Shown: positions 1-9,148 of the stretch, one piece after another
Numbering within the stretch: position 1 is the first letter of the stretch
Layout of the letters: every line of letters starts with the position of its first letter
Assembly (NCBI GenBank): GCA_040219255.1
Contig: JAVJSW010000046.1
Span: 64,001 to 128,000 of the forward strand
Source of the DNA: Sumerlaeia bacterium
GTDB taxonomy: Bacteria; Sumerlaeota; Sumerlaeia; SLMS01; JAHLLQ01
Direction of reading: 5' to 3'
Length of the DNA: 64,000 nt
Notes under the pieces: generated by a model
The model's input: the letters and a program-made list of their open reading frames with translations, nothing else
Database searches by the model: none
What the model was told of the DNA's origin: nothing
Translations under genes and position numbers: made by a program

Positions 1-461
1 TAGCTCGATGTCTCCAGGAAGAGAACCCCGTTCGCGATGCGCAGGAATCCATACAGACTCTTCCGGCCGGGAAGCGACAAGTCGATTTCCTTCGAACGAA
101 CCGTCACCACCATATCGTCCGGACCGGGTTCAAAGAGCCAATGCGGCGCGGAGTCTTTGTATTCTTTCTTGAGGAAGAATCGGGCCATGCGCTCGATCAT
201 TGGGTGGCCGGAAACATTGTCCACGAACGTGATGGCGGTCATGCAAAGGATAAGTAAAACAAAAAAAACATAGCCGTCTGTGATCCAATGCCATTCAAAC
301 AGATCAGAAAGAAGATACGCTGTTCCCGAGAATAGCGGGGCAAAAAGTAGACCAAAAGCCAGGCTATACAGAGAGGTGATATCCCGTGTTGCCACCCCGC
401 CATGCATCCTCCGCCCCCACCGGCTCGGCACCTTCTCTTCGCAAATAATCTCGGTTTCCAT
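1..461 (-). CDS. Hypothetical membrane protein, 3'-truncated by the window edge (not in the ORF track)
   Basis: Manual translation from ATG 461: METEIICEEKVPSRWGRR...SLAFGLLFAPLFSGTAYLL...YVFFVLLILCMTAITF...GFLRIANGVLFLETSS. Open to the edge (153 codons), two hydrophobic segments, AAGGA upstream. Confidence 0.6.
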   Translation of the reverse strand, partial: METEIICEEKVPSRWGRRMHGGVATRDITSLYSLAFGLLFAPLFSGTAYLLSDLFEWHWITDGYVFFVLLILCMTAITFVDNVSGHPMIERMARFFLKKEYKDSAPHWLFEPGPDDMVVTVRSKEIDLSLPGRKSLYGFLRIANGVLFLETSS

Positions 462-689
462 GGCTGGGGGTCCTTGATGCGGGAAACTTTCCTTCAGCGG
501 CAATATTATGCACCACAACATCAGTCGCGGCGCAATTCAAAACCACCCGAACCCCAAGACCTCAGCACCCACGGCCCGGACGCGTTCCAAATCCAAGGCC
601 TCGACCAAACGCTGGTTCAACAGCGACCTGGGCGAGGACGGGATTCCGACGTGGGGGCCTCGATGTGGCGTGGCTGGTTTTCGATTATA

Positions 690-824
690 GCCACGGATGA
701 CCGCGGATGGCGCAGATGAGGGGTGGTTGGCGGGGGAGCGGGGCTGATTTCGCAGTGGATGAACCGTTATTCTTTTACCGCTCTCTTGCACAAATCATCT
801 GCGCCCGTCTGCGTCATCCGCGGC
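690..824. repeat. Imperfect ~30-bp inverted repeat built of short (C/G)(A/G)C(G/A)GAT units (dispersed repeat family)
   Basis: 690-719 GCCACGGATGACCGCGGATGGCGCAGATGA versus reverse complement of 795-824 GCCGCGGATGACGCAGACGGGCGCAGATGA. Confidence 0.75.
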
Positions 825-835
825 GAAAACGTCTT

Positions 836-857
836 CGTGTCTCCGGGTCTCCGTGGT
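836..857 (-). repeat. Dispersed repeat unit ACCACGGAGACCCGGAG(A/G)CACG
   Basis: Reverse complement matches 24035-24056 at 21/22 positions. Confidence 0.75.
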
Positions 858-878
858 GGAACCTGAATAACCCAACGC

Positions 879-2414
879 CTACCCGCAGGCCTCCACCTCC
901 ACCAGCACCGGCCCCGGCCACGCTCCTTCCCAGTCGATCTGCAGCTCGCGGGCGGGGGCTTGGGTGGGGGGGAGGTCGAGGAGGAGGGAGCCGTCGGCGC
1001 CGACGATGCCGCCCTCCAGGTATTCCTGGTTCGCGAAGACGGCGAGGCGTTCCAAGTCTTCTTCCTCCAGGGCCTCGGCGAATTGCAGGCGCAGTTGCGG
1101 CGCCGGGCCGGCGGGCAGCATGAGCCAGGCGCGGCGGGGGAGGGGGCGTCCGATGCGGCCGCCGGCCTCGACGGGCAGCGGCCACCCGCGATGGAGCGGC
1201 ACCGCGAGCGTGTCGTCGAGCACCACCAGCGGCGCCAGATGGGCGTTGGCATAGGCGCCGAGGGCCTCGCGGCGGATGTCGGCCATGCGCGACTGCCAAT
1301 CGGCCATCAGGTCGGCGGGCGAGAGACCCTCGCGGTCTTTGCCCTGGCGCTTCAGCGAGCGCGGTTTGTGGCGGTCGCGCCGAGCGTAGATGCTGATCCC
1401 GCACCCGAGGAACCGGGCCATCAGGAGCCCGGCGGGGCCGCTGAGCACGCGGCCGTCCCACCGGCTGAGGTCCGCCGGCAGTTTGAGCCGCCGCAGCGCC
1501 CGGGGCATGCGCCGCCCCAGTGAGGGCTGGAACACCTGCACCTGGATGTTTTCGAACCCCGCCCGCTTCAGGGCGTATTCGTATTCCGACCAGAGGCGCA
1601 TCTGCTCGTCGATGCCTTCCTGGTAATCGAGCGTGTCGGCCAGGTACTCGTGTTCGAGGTCGAAGCAGGCGCGGATGCATTCGCCCGCCGCGACGAATTG
1701 ACCACCGGGGCGGCAGACGCGCGCCATTTCTTTCAGCGTGCGGCGCAGATCCTTGACGTGGTGCAGCGACGACCGGGTGAAGACGACATCGAAGGAGGCG
1801 TCGGCAAAGGGCAGGTGCTCGCTGTCGGCGACCATGCGGGGAAAGGTGCGCTCTTCGGCTGTCATGGGGCGCTGGCCGCGATGGATGTCGAAGGTTTCGA
1901 AATCGAATTTCTCGTCCGGGATCAGGGAATAAAGGCGGGGCGAGGCCATCTCGACAGGGGAAAAATCCGCTGCGATGACGCGGGCGCCTCGCTGGGCGAG
2001 GCCGAGGGTGGTTTCGCACATGCCGGCGCCGGTGTCCAGGATCCAGGGCTGGCCAGAGAAGTCGATGCGCTGGACGGCTTGGTCGAAGTAGCGTTTCCAG
2101 ACCGCAAGGGCTTCTCGCACGGCTTCCTTTTTGAACCCGATGCGCTCGGGGGCGATCCAGCCGTCGGCGAGCTTTTCGAAGAAATCGCGGTAGCGAACGA
2201 ATTCGTCCATGAGCCGCGGCGTCGCCTTGTGCCAAGTCAGCAGCACGGGCACGCCGTCGCGAATCGGATAGCGTTCGCCGCAGGCTTCGCAGGCCAGGGC
2301 GCCATCCTCTTCGGCGAGGCGGCCCTCGCGGCATTTGGGGCAGCGGACGCGGCCGAGGGCTTCGGGGTGGGCGAGAATATGATCGGCGGGGGGCGGGGTC
2401 ATTGGCGTATCCAT
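879..2414 (-). CDS. Trm112-like zinc-ribbon + class I SAM-dependent methyltransferase fusion protein
   Basis: RCPKC...LACEACGERYPIRDGVPVLL (Trm112-like), ILDTGAGMC (SAM motif I), ADSEHLPFADASFDVVF and LHHVKD...RVCRPGG (Methyltransf_11-like). Start moved from 2714 to ATG 2414 (alt. 2402) because the longer ORF overlaps the divergent gene. Confidence 0.85.
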   Translation of the reverse strand: MDTPMTPPPADHILAHPEALGRVRCPKCREGRLAEEDGALACEACGERYPIRDGVPVLLTWHKATPRLMDEFVRYRDFFEKLADGWIAPERIGFKKEAVREALAVWKRYFDQAVQRIDFSGQPWILDTGAGMCETTLGLAQRGARVIAADFSPVEMASPRLYSLIPDEKFDFETFDIHRGQRPMTAEERTFPRMVADSEHLPFADASFDVVFTRSSLHHVKDLRRTLKEMARVCRPGGQFVAAGECIRACFDLEHEYLADTLDYQEGIDEQMRLWSEYEYALKRAGFENIQVQVFQPSLGRRMPRALRRLKLPADLSRWDGRVLSGPAGLLMARFLGCGISIYARRDRHKPRSLKRQGKDREGLSPADLMADWQSRMADIRREALGAYANAHLAPLVVLDDTLAVPLHRGWPLPVEAGGRIGRPLPRRAWLMLPAGPAPQLRLQFAEALEEEDLERLAVFANQEYLEGGIVGADGSLLLDLPPTQAPARELQIDWEGAWPGPVLVEVEACG

Positions 2415-2544
2415 TGCGACTCTGAGGCAAGGACAAGCCCACGAGCGGGCGAAAAGCAAGGGCGATGGGCCTGAAAATCCTTGCCCGGCCCGGTGCCCGC
2501 TTCGCACGGTTTCGCCTCGCCAGGACCCCCACGGAGATATCTTC

Positions 2545-3771
2545 ATGCCCTTCTTCGCCATCAAGAGCCGACACATTTTTTCCATGACGCTGCTCCTCGC
2601 CGCCGTCGCCTTTCTCGGCGCGGGCTGCAAACAGCAAACCCCCGAGGAGCGTTTCGAGGAAGCGATGACCTTGATGCAGGAGGGGCAGACGGCGCGCGGC
2701 GTCATCAAGCTCAAGGAACTGGTGCGCGAGTTGCCCGAGGACCCGGTGGCCCCCGCCGCGAACCTGCAACTGGCCCGTTACTACGTCCGCGAAGCCAACG
2801 CGAACAAGGCCCTCGAGCACCTTCAAGAGGTGCTCGAGGGCCGCGCCATCGGAGACCCCGCCGCCCAGGAAGCGATCCAGGGCATCGTCGCGATTCGCCT
2901 CCAGTTGCAAGACTACGACACGGCCCTCGAAGTCCTGGACTCCGCCGTCGAAGAAGCCGAGGGCATCGTCCGCGAGGACCTGCTGCTCCAGCGCGCCCAG
3001 GTCTTGCGCGCCATCGGGACTCAGACGGAAAACGAGGACATGGTGCAGCAGGCCCTGGCGGAGCTGCGGGACCTGATGCTGACCGCCGGGAACGAGGGCA
3101 TGCGCGGATCGGCCCGTGAAGAGTTGGCCCAGTATTATCGCCAGCGCGGCGACCTCGCCGCCAGCAACGAAGTCTACGACGCGTACATCGAGGCCTATCC
3201 CGGCGACCGCATCGTGACCCAACTGGAAATGGCCAAAGCCATCAATTTGCGCAACGCCGGCCAGCAGGAAGAAGCGGAAGCGGCCTTTGAGGAAGCGGCC
3301 GCCGCCATGCGCGCCGAGGCCGAAGGTGAACTGGATCGCGTGGCCCGGGGCGAGATGATGCTCAATCTGGCCCGTTACCACGAACTGATGGGCTACAATT
3401 CGGAAGCCCGTGCCATGATGGAGAAGGTGATGGGCGATAACGTCGGCACGATGCTGGCCCTGCGCACCCAATTCGATATCGCACGCATGGAAGCCCAATC
3501 GGGCAACCTGGACGAAGCGCAGGCGATCTACGAGCGCATGGTGAAGGACAATCCGAACTCGAGCGTCAGCGCCCAGGCGGAGCAAATGCTCGCCCAACTG
3601 AGCCAAATCCGAGCGCAGCTCGCCGCCCAAACCGATGCCACCACGGAAACCTTGACACAGGCGCTCGCGACCACCGGCACGCTCGGCGCCCTGGACGAGG
3701 AAATGCCCAACATGCCGGCGCTCGGGGGGGAAGACGCCGCCTCCTCGCCCACCGCCGAAGGAGCGATGTAG
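2545..3771 (+). CDS. Tetratricopeptide-repeat lipoprotein (BamD/CpoB-like TPRs)
   Basis: Signal peptide with lipobox LGAG-C; repeated helical TPR-like units ending in xYP/xNP motifs (RELPED, EAYPGD, KDNPNS). Confidence 0.75.
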   Translation: MPFFAIKSRHIFSMTLLLAAVAFLGAGCKQQTPEERFEEAMTLMQEGQTARGVIKLKELVRELPEDPVAPAANLQLARYYVREANANKALEHLQEVLEGRAIGDPAAQEAIQGIVAIRLQLQDYDTALEVLDSAVEEAEGIVREDLLLQRAQVLRAIGTQTENEDMVQQALAELRDLMLTAGNEGMRGSAREELAQYYRQRGDLAASNEVYDAYIEAYPGDRIVTQLEMAKAINLRNAGQQEEAEAAFEEAAAAMRAEAEGELDRVARGEMMLNLARYHELMGYNSEARAMMEKVMGDNVGTMLALRTQFDIARMEAQSGNLDEAQAIYERMVKDNPNSSVSAQAEQMLAQLSQIRAQLAAQTDATTETLTQALATTGTLGALDEEMPNMPALGGEDAASSPTAEGAM

Positions 3772-3775
3772 CCCC

Positions 3776-4945
3776 GTGCTGCCTTCAGAGGCGAATATTC
3801 CCGATCGTAGCCAACCGATCCGCATCGTAAAATGCCGCACGCCCCGGGCGGTCGATGTTTTTTGCGACTTCGTCTACAAACTGAGGGGAAGCGAGCCCCG
3901 ATGGGTGCCCCCGCTGCGGCGCGATCAGCGCACCCTTCTCGATCGACTCAAGCACCCGTTTCACGATCACGCCCAAGTCGAGTACTTCCTGGCCAAACGG
4001 GGCGAACGGATCGTGGGCCGCATCGCCGCCATCGAGAACTTCGCCCACAACGAAGTCCACAATGAGCGCATCGGGTTCTTCGGCTTTCTCGAAGCGGAAG
4101 ACGACGCGGAAGTCTTCGCCCGGCTCCTCGCCGCCGCCGAGCGATGGGCCAAAGCACGCGGCCTGACGGCACTGCGCGGGCCCTGTTCCTTCAGCACGAA
4201 CGAGGAGTGCGGCGCCCTGGTGGGTGGTTTCGATATCGAGCCCATCTTGATGATGGGTTATCATCATCGGTGCTACTCGGCCAACATCGAAGCCGCCGGT
4301 TATGGCAAAGCCGAGGACCTGCTCTGCTTCTGGGTCGATCGCTACACCGACACCGAGCGCCTGATGCGCATGGCGAGGTCGATGCGCCAGCGCATCGAGC
4401 GTTCCGGCCGCACCTTCACAACGCGCCCGCTGGACAAGAAAAACTTCGAGGCGGAGGTGCAACTGGTCCAGAAAATCTACAACGCGGCCTGGGAGAAAAA
4501 CTGGGGCTTCGTTCCCATGACGGAGAAGGAGATCGATTTCCTTGCGAAGGAACTGAAGCCCATCGCCACGCCGGAACTGATTCGCTTCGCGCTGCTCGAC
4601 GGCGAGCCGGTGGGCCTTGTGCTCGGGCTCCTCAATTACAACGAAGTCCTCAAATTCATGCGGGGCCGGCTGGGACCGAAGGAAATCGCCATGATGCTTC
4701 TGCTCAAGAGCCGCATCCGCAGCGCCCGCATGATGATGCTTGGCGTACTGCCCGAGTACCGCCGCCTTGGCATCGACATCCTCTTGATCGAGGAATTCGG
4801 CTACGCCTGTGAAAAGCTCAACATCTGGGGCACCGATCTCTCCTGGATCCTCGAGCGCAACACCGCCATCACCAAAGTCATCATCGCCTGCGGCGGGCGC
4901 GAATGGAAGCGCTATCGGCTTTACGAGAAGAGCCTGCTGGGGTAG
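3776..4945 (+). CDS. GNAT-family N-acetyltransferase (YghO-like tandem GNAT)
   Basis: WVPPL, VGRIAAIEN, GFFGF, YNAAWEKNWGFVPMT, LGVLPEYRRLG (acetyl-CoA motif), SWILExN, KRYRLYEK; GTG start. Confidence 0.85.
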   Translation: MLPSEANIPDRSQPIRIVKCRTPRAVDVFCDFVYKLRGSEPRWVPPLRRDQRTLLDRLKHPFHDHAQVEYFLAKRGERIVGRIAAIENFAHNEVHNERIGFFGFLEAEDDAEVFARLLAAAERWAKARGLTALRGPCSFSTNEECGALVGGFDIEPILMMGYHHRCYSANIEAAGYGKAEDLLCFWVDRYTDTERLMRMARSMRQRIERSGRTFTTRPLDKKNFEAEVQLVQKIYNAAWEKNWGFVPMTEKEIDFLAKELKPIATPELIRFALLDGEPVGLVLGLLNYNEVLKFMRGRLGPKEIAMMLLLKSRIRSARMMMLGVLPEYRRLGIDILLIEEFGYACEKLNIWGTDLSWILERNTAITKVIIACGGREWKRYRLYEKSLLG

Positions 4946-4958
4946 GGTTGCGGGGAGT

Positions 4959-4978
4959 GGCTGGCCGGCCTTTTTTTT
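4959..4978 (+). terminator. Possible intrinsic terminator after the GNAT gene
   Basis: GC-rich GGCTGGCCGGCC followed by T8; the stem is short and weak. Confidence 0.35.
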
Positions 4979-5125
4979 AGCCACGGATAAACACAGATAG
5001 ACACAGATTCTTGTTTTGGTATCATCTGCAATCGGGCATGAAGCGATGGCGTCAGGGATAGAATTCAATCATTTTGCGATATTTCTGCTGGCCTTTTCCC
5101 GCTTCATCCGTGCCCATCCGTGGCT
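4979..5125. repeat. Second copy of the CACGGAT/CACAGAT inverted-repeat element
   Basis: AGCCACGGATAAACACAGATAGACACAGAT at 4979-5008; ATCCGTGCCCATCCGTGGCT at ~5106-5125 (reverse complement AGCCACGGATGGGCACGGAT). Confidence 0.7.
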
Positions 5126-5155
5126 TAACTCCTCCTCTGTGAACCTCTCGCCTGC

Positions 5156-8100
5156 GTGAACTCCGTGTCCCAAAGCCCCACCTGGAACAAAGCCCAAGCC
5201 CAAGCGATCCGCGCCCGGGGCCAGAACGTTCTGGTCAACGCGGGTGCCGGAGCGGGAAAGACCGCGACCCTCGTCGAGCGCGTGATCCAGTTGGTCATGG
5301 GCCCCGACGCCCACAGCCTCGATGAACTGCTGATCGTGACGTTTACAAAGGCCGCCTCGCGGGAAATGCGCGAGCGACTCGGAAAGGCCCTGCGCAAAGC
5401 TCTCGAAGCTGCCCGCCTCGACCCAGTCAAGATCGACCAAATCCCGCGCCTTCAGTCGCAGATCAACATTCTGCCCCGCGCCCAGATCAGCACCCTACAC
5501 AGCTTCTGCCTGAATCTGCTGCGCCAGCACGCCGGCGCCATCGGCCTCGCACCCGATTTCGAGGTCATGGCCGACGACGAAGTGCGCCTCCTGCGCCATG
5601 AAACCATCCAGGAGGTTATCGAGAACGCCCTCGCCGCGGAAAGCGATGGCGTGCTCTTCGATCTCCTGAGCCAACTATCGCCCGCTTCGGCGCCGGACGA
5701 ACTCCTGAAAATCGTCGAGAACACGATCGGTTTCCTCGAAGGTCTCTCCGACCCGCGCGGCTGGATCGACAGGCTGGCCCTGCCGTTCTACGATGAAGCC
5801 GCCGACGACGCGCTGCCGCTCGCCGAGACGCGGGCCGGGCGGATGCTGATCCCGATGGTGGAGGAGCCGCTGCGGGAGGCGTTGGCGCTGTATGAAGTTT
5901 TCCTGCAAGAACTCCCCGGGCAGCCGGAGAAATCATGGGCACAGGACATCGTGGCTCATTGCCTGGAGGCGCGCGAGCATCTTCGAGCGTTGCTGCGATG
6001 GGACGATGCCACGGCCGAACTCGCCGGGTTGGAGGAATCCGCGCCCCTTCCCGATCTCTGCGCTCTGCTCAAACTTCCCCCGCGGCGCAACGCGGGCAAG
6101 AATCCCGAACCCGCCACGGCCTATGTCAGCGTCGAAGGCGGCGTGTTGAAAGACGCCCTCGAACCGCCCGCCAAAGCCCTCTCCCAGGACTGGCTCCAGG
6201 AAGGCCAGACCCTCGCCCAGGTTCGCGCCGCCATCGCCGCCACCCGGCCCTACGTGCGGCTGCTGCTCGTCGATCTCGCTCTGGCCGCCAGCGATGCCCT
6301 CCTGGAAAAATGCCTCGATCAGAAGCGCCTCACTTACAGCCATCTCGAGTCTCTGACGCTTCGCCTCCTCGTCGGCGTAGACGGCGAACCGACGGCCGCC
6401 GCGCGCGACTTGCAGGCCGAAACGGCCTTCGTTCTCGTCGATGAGTTCCAGGACGTGAATGGTACCCAGGCCGCCCTCTTGAAAGCCGTCGCCCGCGCTG
6501 GGCGGCCGGATGCGCCACGGGGCGAGGCCGGAAACCTCTTCGTCGTTGGCGATGTGAAGCAGAGCATCTACCGATTCCGCCAAGCCGATCCGACTCAGTT
6601 CCAGGCACTCTACCGCTCCTTCGCGGATTTTTCCGAAACGGCCCGGGCCCACCCTGGCGCGCGGATCGACCTGCTGGAGAACTACCGCAGCGCCCCGCCG
6701 CTGCTTGAGGAACTGAACCGCTTCTTCGCCGCCCTCTTCAGCCCCCGCATCGGCGCTGTGGCCTACGATGCCCGCCAGGCCTTCCGCCCCGGCTTGCCCG
6801 AGCCCGCACCGGAAGACGACCGCGTCCGCCTCGCGGTTCATCTGCTGAATAAGGACGCCGACGAGGCCGATTTCGAAGACAGCGTCCAGGACCACGAAGT
6901 CAGCGATCGAGAAGCCGGCGAACAAGAAGCCGACGATCTGGAAGCGGGCGAACGCGAAGCCCGCTATCTGGTGACGCTGATCCGACGCCTCCACGAGACG
7001 GAGGGCGTGCCCTACAAAGACATAGCCGTTCTGGTCCGCTCGGCTTCCGGCTACGCCACCAAACTCGCCGAAGCCTTCAACGAATACGCCGTGCCGTTCT
7101 TCACCCAGGCCAACCTCGGCTTCCTGGCCCAGCAGGAAATCCAGGACGTCCTCGCGTTGCTGCGGGTGATCGACAACCCCTACCGTGACGTGTCGCTTGT
7201 TGGGGTGCTGCGCGGCCCGTCGGGCGGCTGGAGCGAGGACGATCTGGCGCGGCTGCGGCTTCTCGACCGCGACGGCCGCATCTACGACAACCTGCGCCTC
7301 GCGGCGGAACGGGACGCGCCTTCGATCGGCGATAAGGCCCGCGCCATCCTCGATTGCCTGGCCCAATGGCGCGAGGCCTCCAAACGCGAGAAAATGGCCG
7401 ATCTGTTCGCCCATCTCTACGACGAGCTGAACCTGCCGGAACGCCTCGCGACACTGCCCAATGGCGATCAGCGCCGCCTCAATCTCCAGTTCCTCCAGGA
7501 TCGCGGCGTCCAGTTCGACCGCTTTCGCCGCAAAGGCCTCGGCCAGTTCCTCCGCTTTCTTGAAGACCTGATCGAGCGCGACCAGGACCTCGGCACGCCC
7601 GCCGCCGAACCGGTCGACGACAACAGCGTCAAGATCATGACGATCCACGCCAGCAAGGGCCTCGAATTCCCCCACGTCTTCATCCCCTTCATCGGCAAGA
7701 AGTTCAACACGAAGGATCTGATCGGCAACGCGATCTGGGACCGCGAGACGGGCTTCGCGGTGAAGTTCTTCCCTGGCGCGAAGTACGGCGAGAAGCGCTC
7801 GTCGGCCGCTCCAGCGCTGCTGCGCAAGGCGCTGGAAGATCAAGCCCGTGGCGAGGAATTGCGCCTCCTCTATGTCGCCATGACCCGCGCCAAGCAGTCG
7901 GTGACGATGATCGGTACGGCCAAGAAAATGGCCGATGTCGTCTCGAAGCACCAGGAGGCATTGGCCGCCGGCGAGTCTCGCACGGGCCTGGAGAACGTCG
8001 AGGAAACCGCCGCCGCCAAATCGTTCCTCGATTGGACGCTACTGGCGCTGCGGGGCCGAGCAGAGTTTCTGGCGGTGTCGGCGGACACGCCGCAGAACGT

Positions 8101-9127
8101 TTCTGGTCTCGATGCTTTGCAAGTCTTGCTGGTGACCGATCCGGCACGGGAGCTTGGTCATAAGCCCGAACCGCCGGAACTCGATGTCCTGCGCGAGCAG
8201 CAGGGCGCCGAGCTTCTGGCCTATCGCGGTCAGCTTGATGCCACCCTCGCGCGCATCGCCCATCGAACCCGCCTGGCGCGCCAAGGCCCCGTCCGCGCCA
8301 AAGTCTCCGTTACGGAAGCCAAGCGCGCCTATGACGCCATCCACACGGAGGAAAACCCGCCCGCGCCGCGCGTGCCGCGCTTCGACGGGGACGCCTTGGG
8401 TTTCGCCGAATGGGTGCCTCCCATCGTCGCGGGCGTGTCGCCCACGCACCGCGACAGCGCCCGCAACCGTGGCACCGTGACGCACCGGTACTTGTCGTTG
8501 TTGGATTTGGAGCACCTCGCCAAGGACCCGGGGGATGCTCTCTCGCTACTCCAGGCCGAGTTGGCGCGTCTGGTCGAGGAAGGGTTCCTAACCGCCGACG
8601 AAGCGGACCTCATCGATCTCGAGTCGATCTGGCGTTTTTTCGCCTCCGAGTTAGGCAACCGAGTCCTGAAGCATCACGCCCGCGCCCGGCGCGAACGGGC
8701 GTTTACTGTGGCGGTGCCGGCGGTCGAACTGGACCGCGGCTTTCCCGCCCCCGATGAACCGATGATTTTCCAGGGCATGATCGATCTGTATTGGACCGAA
8801 CGGGACGCCAAGTCCGGCTCCGAGCGGCTGATCCTGCTCGACTTCAAGACCGACTGGTGCGGAGCCAAGGGCGAACGCGTGGCCGAACTTACCCAGTCCT
8901 ACGAGTCCCAGATGCTGCTCTACGCCGTCGGTCTCGAGAAGTCCCTCAAGCGGCCGGTGGACGAAATCTACCTCTACTTCCTGGATGCCGGCCAAGGCAG
9001 CCCACTCAAGCCGCTGCAAGGCGAACGTTGGCTCAGCGTGCTGCGCGCGGCGGCGATGGAGCAAACCGGGCCTTCACAAGACGAGCCCCCCGCGGGCGGG
9101 GCCGCCGGGCGACCCCGCCGGGCCTGA
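5156..9127 (+). CDS. addA: ATP-dependent helicase/nuclease subunit A (AddA; UvrD-like helicase + RecB-type nuclease)
   Basis: AGAGAGKT, TFTKAASREM, ISTLHSFC, VDEFQD, VGDVKQSIYRFRQADP, MTIHASKGLEF, RLLYVAMTRAK, C-terminal GMIDL...LLDFKTD nuclease; 1323 aa. Confidence 0.9.
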   Translation: MNSVSQSPTWNKAQAQAIRARGQNVLVNAGAGAGKTATLVERVIQLVMGPDAHSLDELLIVTFTKAASREMRERLGKALRKALEAARLDPVKIDQIPRLQSQINILPRAQISTLHSFCLNLLRQHAGAIGLAPDFEVMADDEVRLLRHETIQEVIENALAAESDGVLFDLLSQLSPASAPDELLKIVENTIGFLEGLSDPRGWIDRLALPFYDEAADDALPLAETRAGRMLIPMVEEPLREALALYEVFLQELPGQPEKSWAQDIVAHCLEAREHLRALLRWDDATAELAGLEESAPLPDLCALLKLPPRRNAGKNPEPATAYVSVEGGVLKDALEPPAKALSQDWLQEGQTLAQVRAAIAATRPYVRLLLVDLALAASDALLEKCLDQKRLTYSHLESLTLRLLVGVDGEPTAAARDLQAETAFVLVDEFQDVNGTQAALLKAVARAGRPDAPRGEAGNLFVVGDVKQSIYRFRQADPTQFQALYRSFADFSETARAHPGARIDLLENYRSAPPLLEELNRFFAALFSPRIGAVAYDARQAFRPGLPEPAPEDDRVRLAVHLLNKDADEADFEDSVQDHEVSDREAGEQEADDLEAGEREARYLVTLIRRLHETEGVPYKDIAVLVRSASGYATKLAEAFNEYAVPFFTQANLGFLAQQEIQDVLALLRVIDNPYRDVSLVGVLRGPSGGWSEDDLARLRLLDRDGRIYDNLRLAAERDAPSIGDKARAILDCLAQWREASKREKMADLFAHLYDELNLPERLATLPNGDQRRLNLQFLQDRGVQFDRFRRKGLGQFLRFLEDLIERDQDLGTPAAEPVDDNSVKIMTIHASKGLEFPHVFIPFIGKKFNTKDLIGNAIWDRETGFAVKFFPGAKYGEKRSSAAPALLRKALEDQARGEELRLLYVAMTRAKQSVTMIGTAKKMADVVSKHQEALAAGESRTGLENVEETAAAKSFLDWTLLALRGRAEFLAVSADTPQNVSGLDALQVLLVTDPARELGHKPEPPELDVLREQQGAELLAYRGQLDATLARIAHRTRLARQGPVRAKVSVTEAKRAYDAIHTEENPPAPRVPRFDGDALGFAEWVPPIVAGVSPTHRDSARNRGTVTHRYLSLLDLEHLAKDPGDALSLLQAELARLVEEGFLTADEADLIDLESIWRFFASELGNRVLKHHARARRERAFTVAVPAVELDRGFPAPDEPMIFQGMIDLYWTERDAKSGSERLILLDFKTDWCGAKGERVAELTQSYESQMLLYAVGLEKSLKRPVDEIYLYFLDAGQGSPLKPLQGERWLSVLRAAAMEQTGPSQDEPPAGGAAGRPRRA

Positions 9128-9148
9128 TACCCGCCCCCTCCGGGGGGC

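Noticed and set aside
814-3840. 1008-aa minus-strand ORF
   Set aside because: Shadow ORF overlapping two motif-supported genes; Arg/Gly/Pro-rich, typical of high-GC off-frames.
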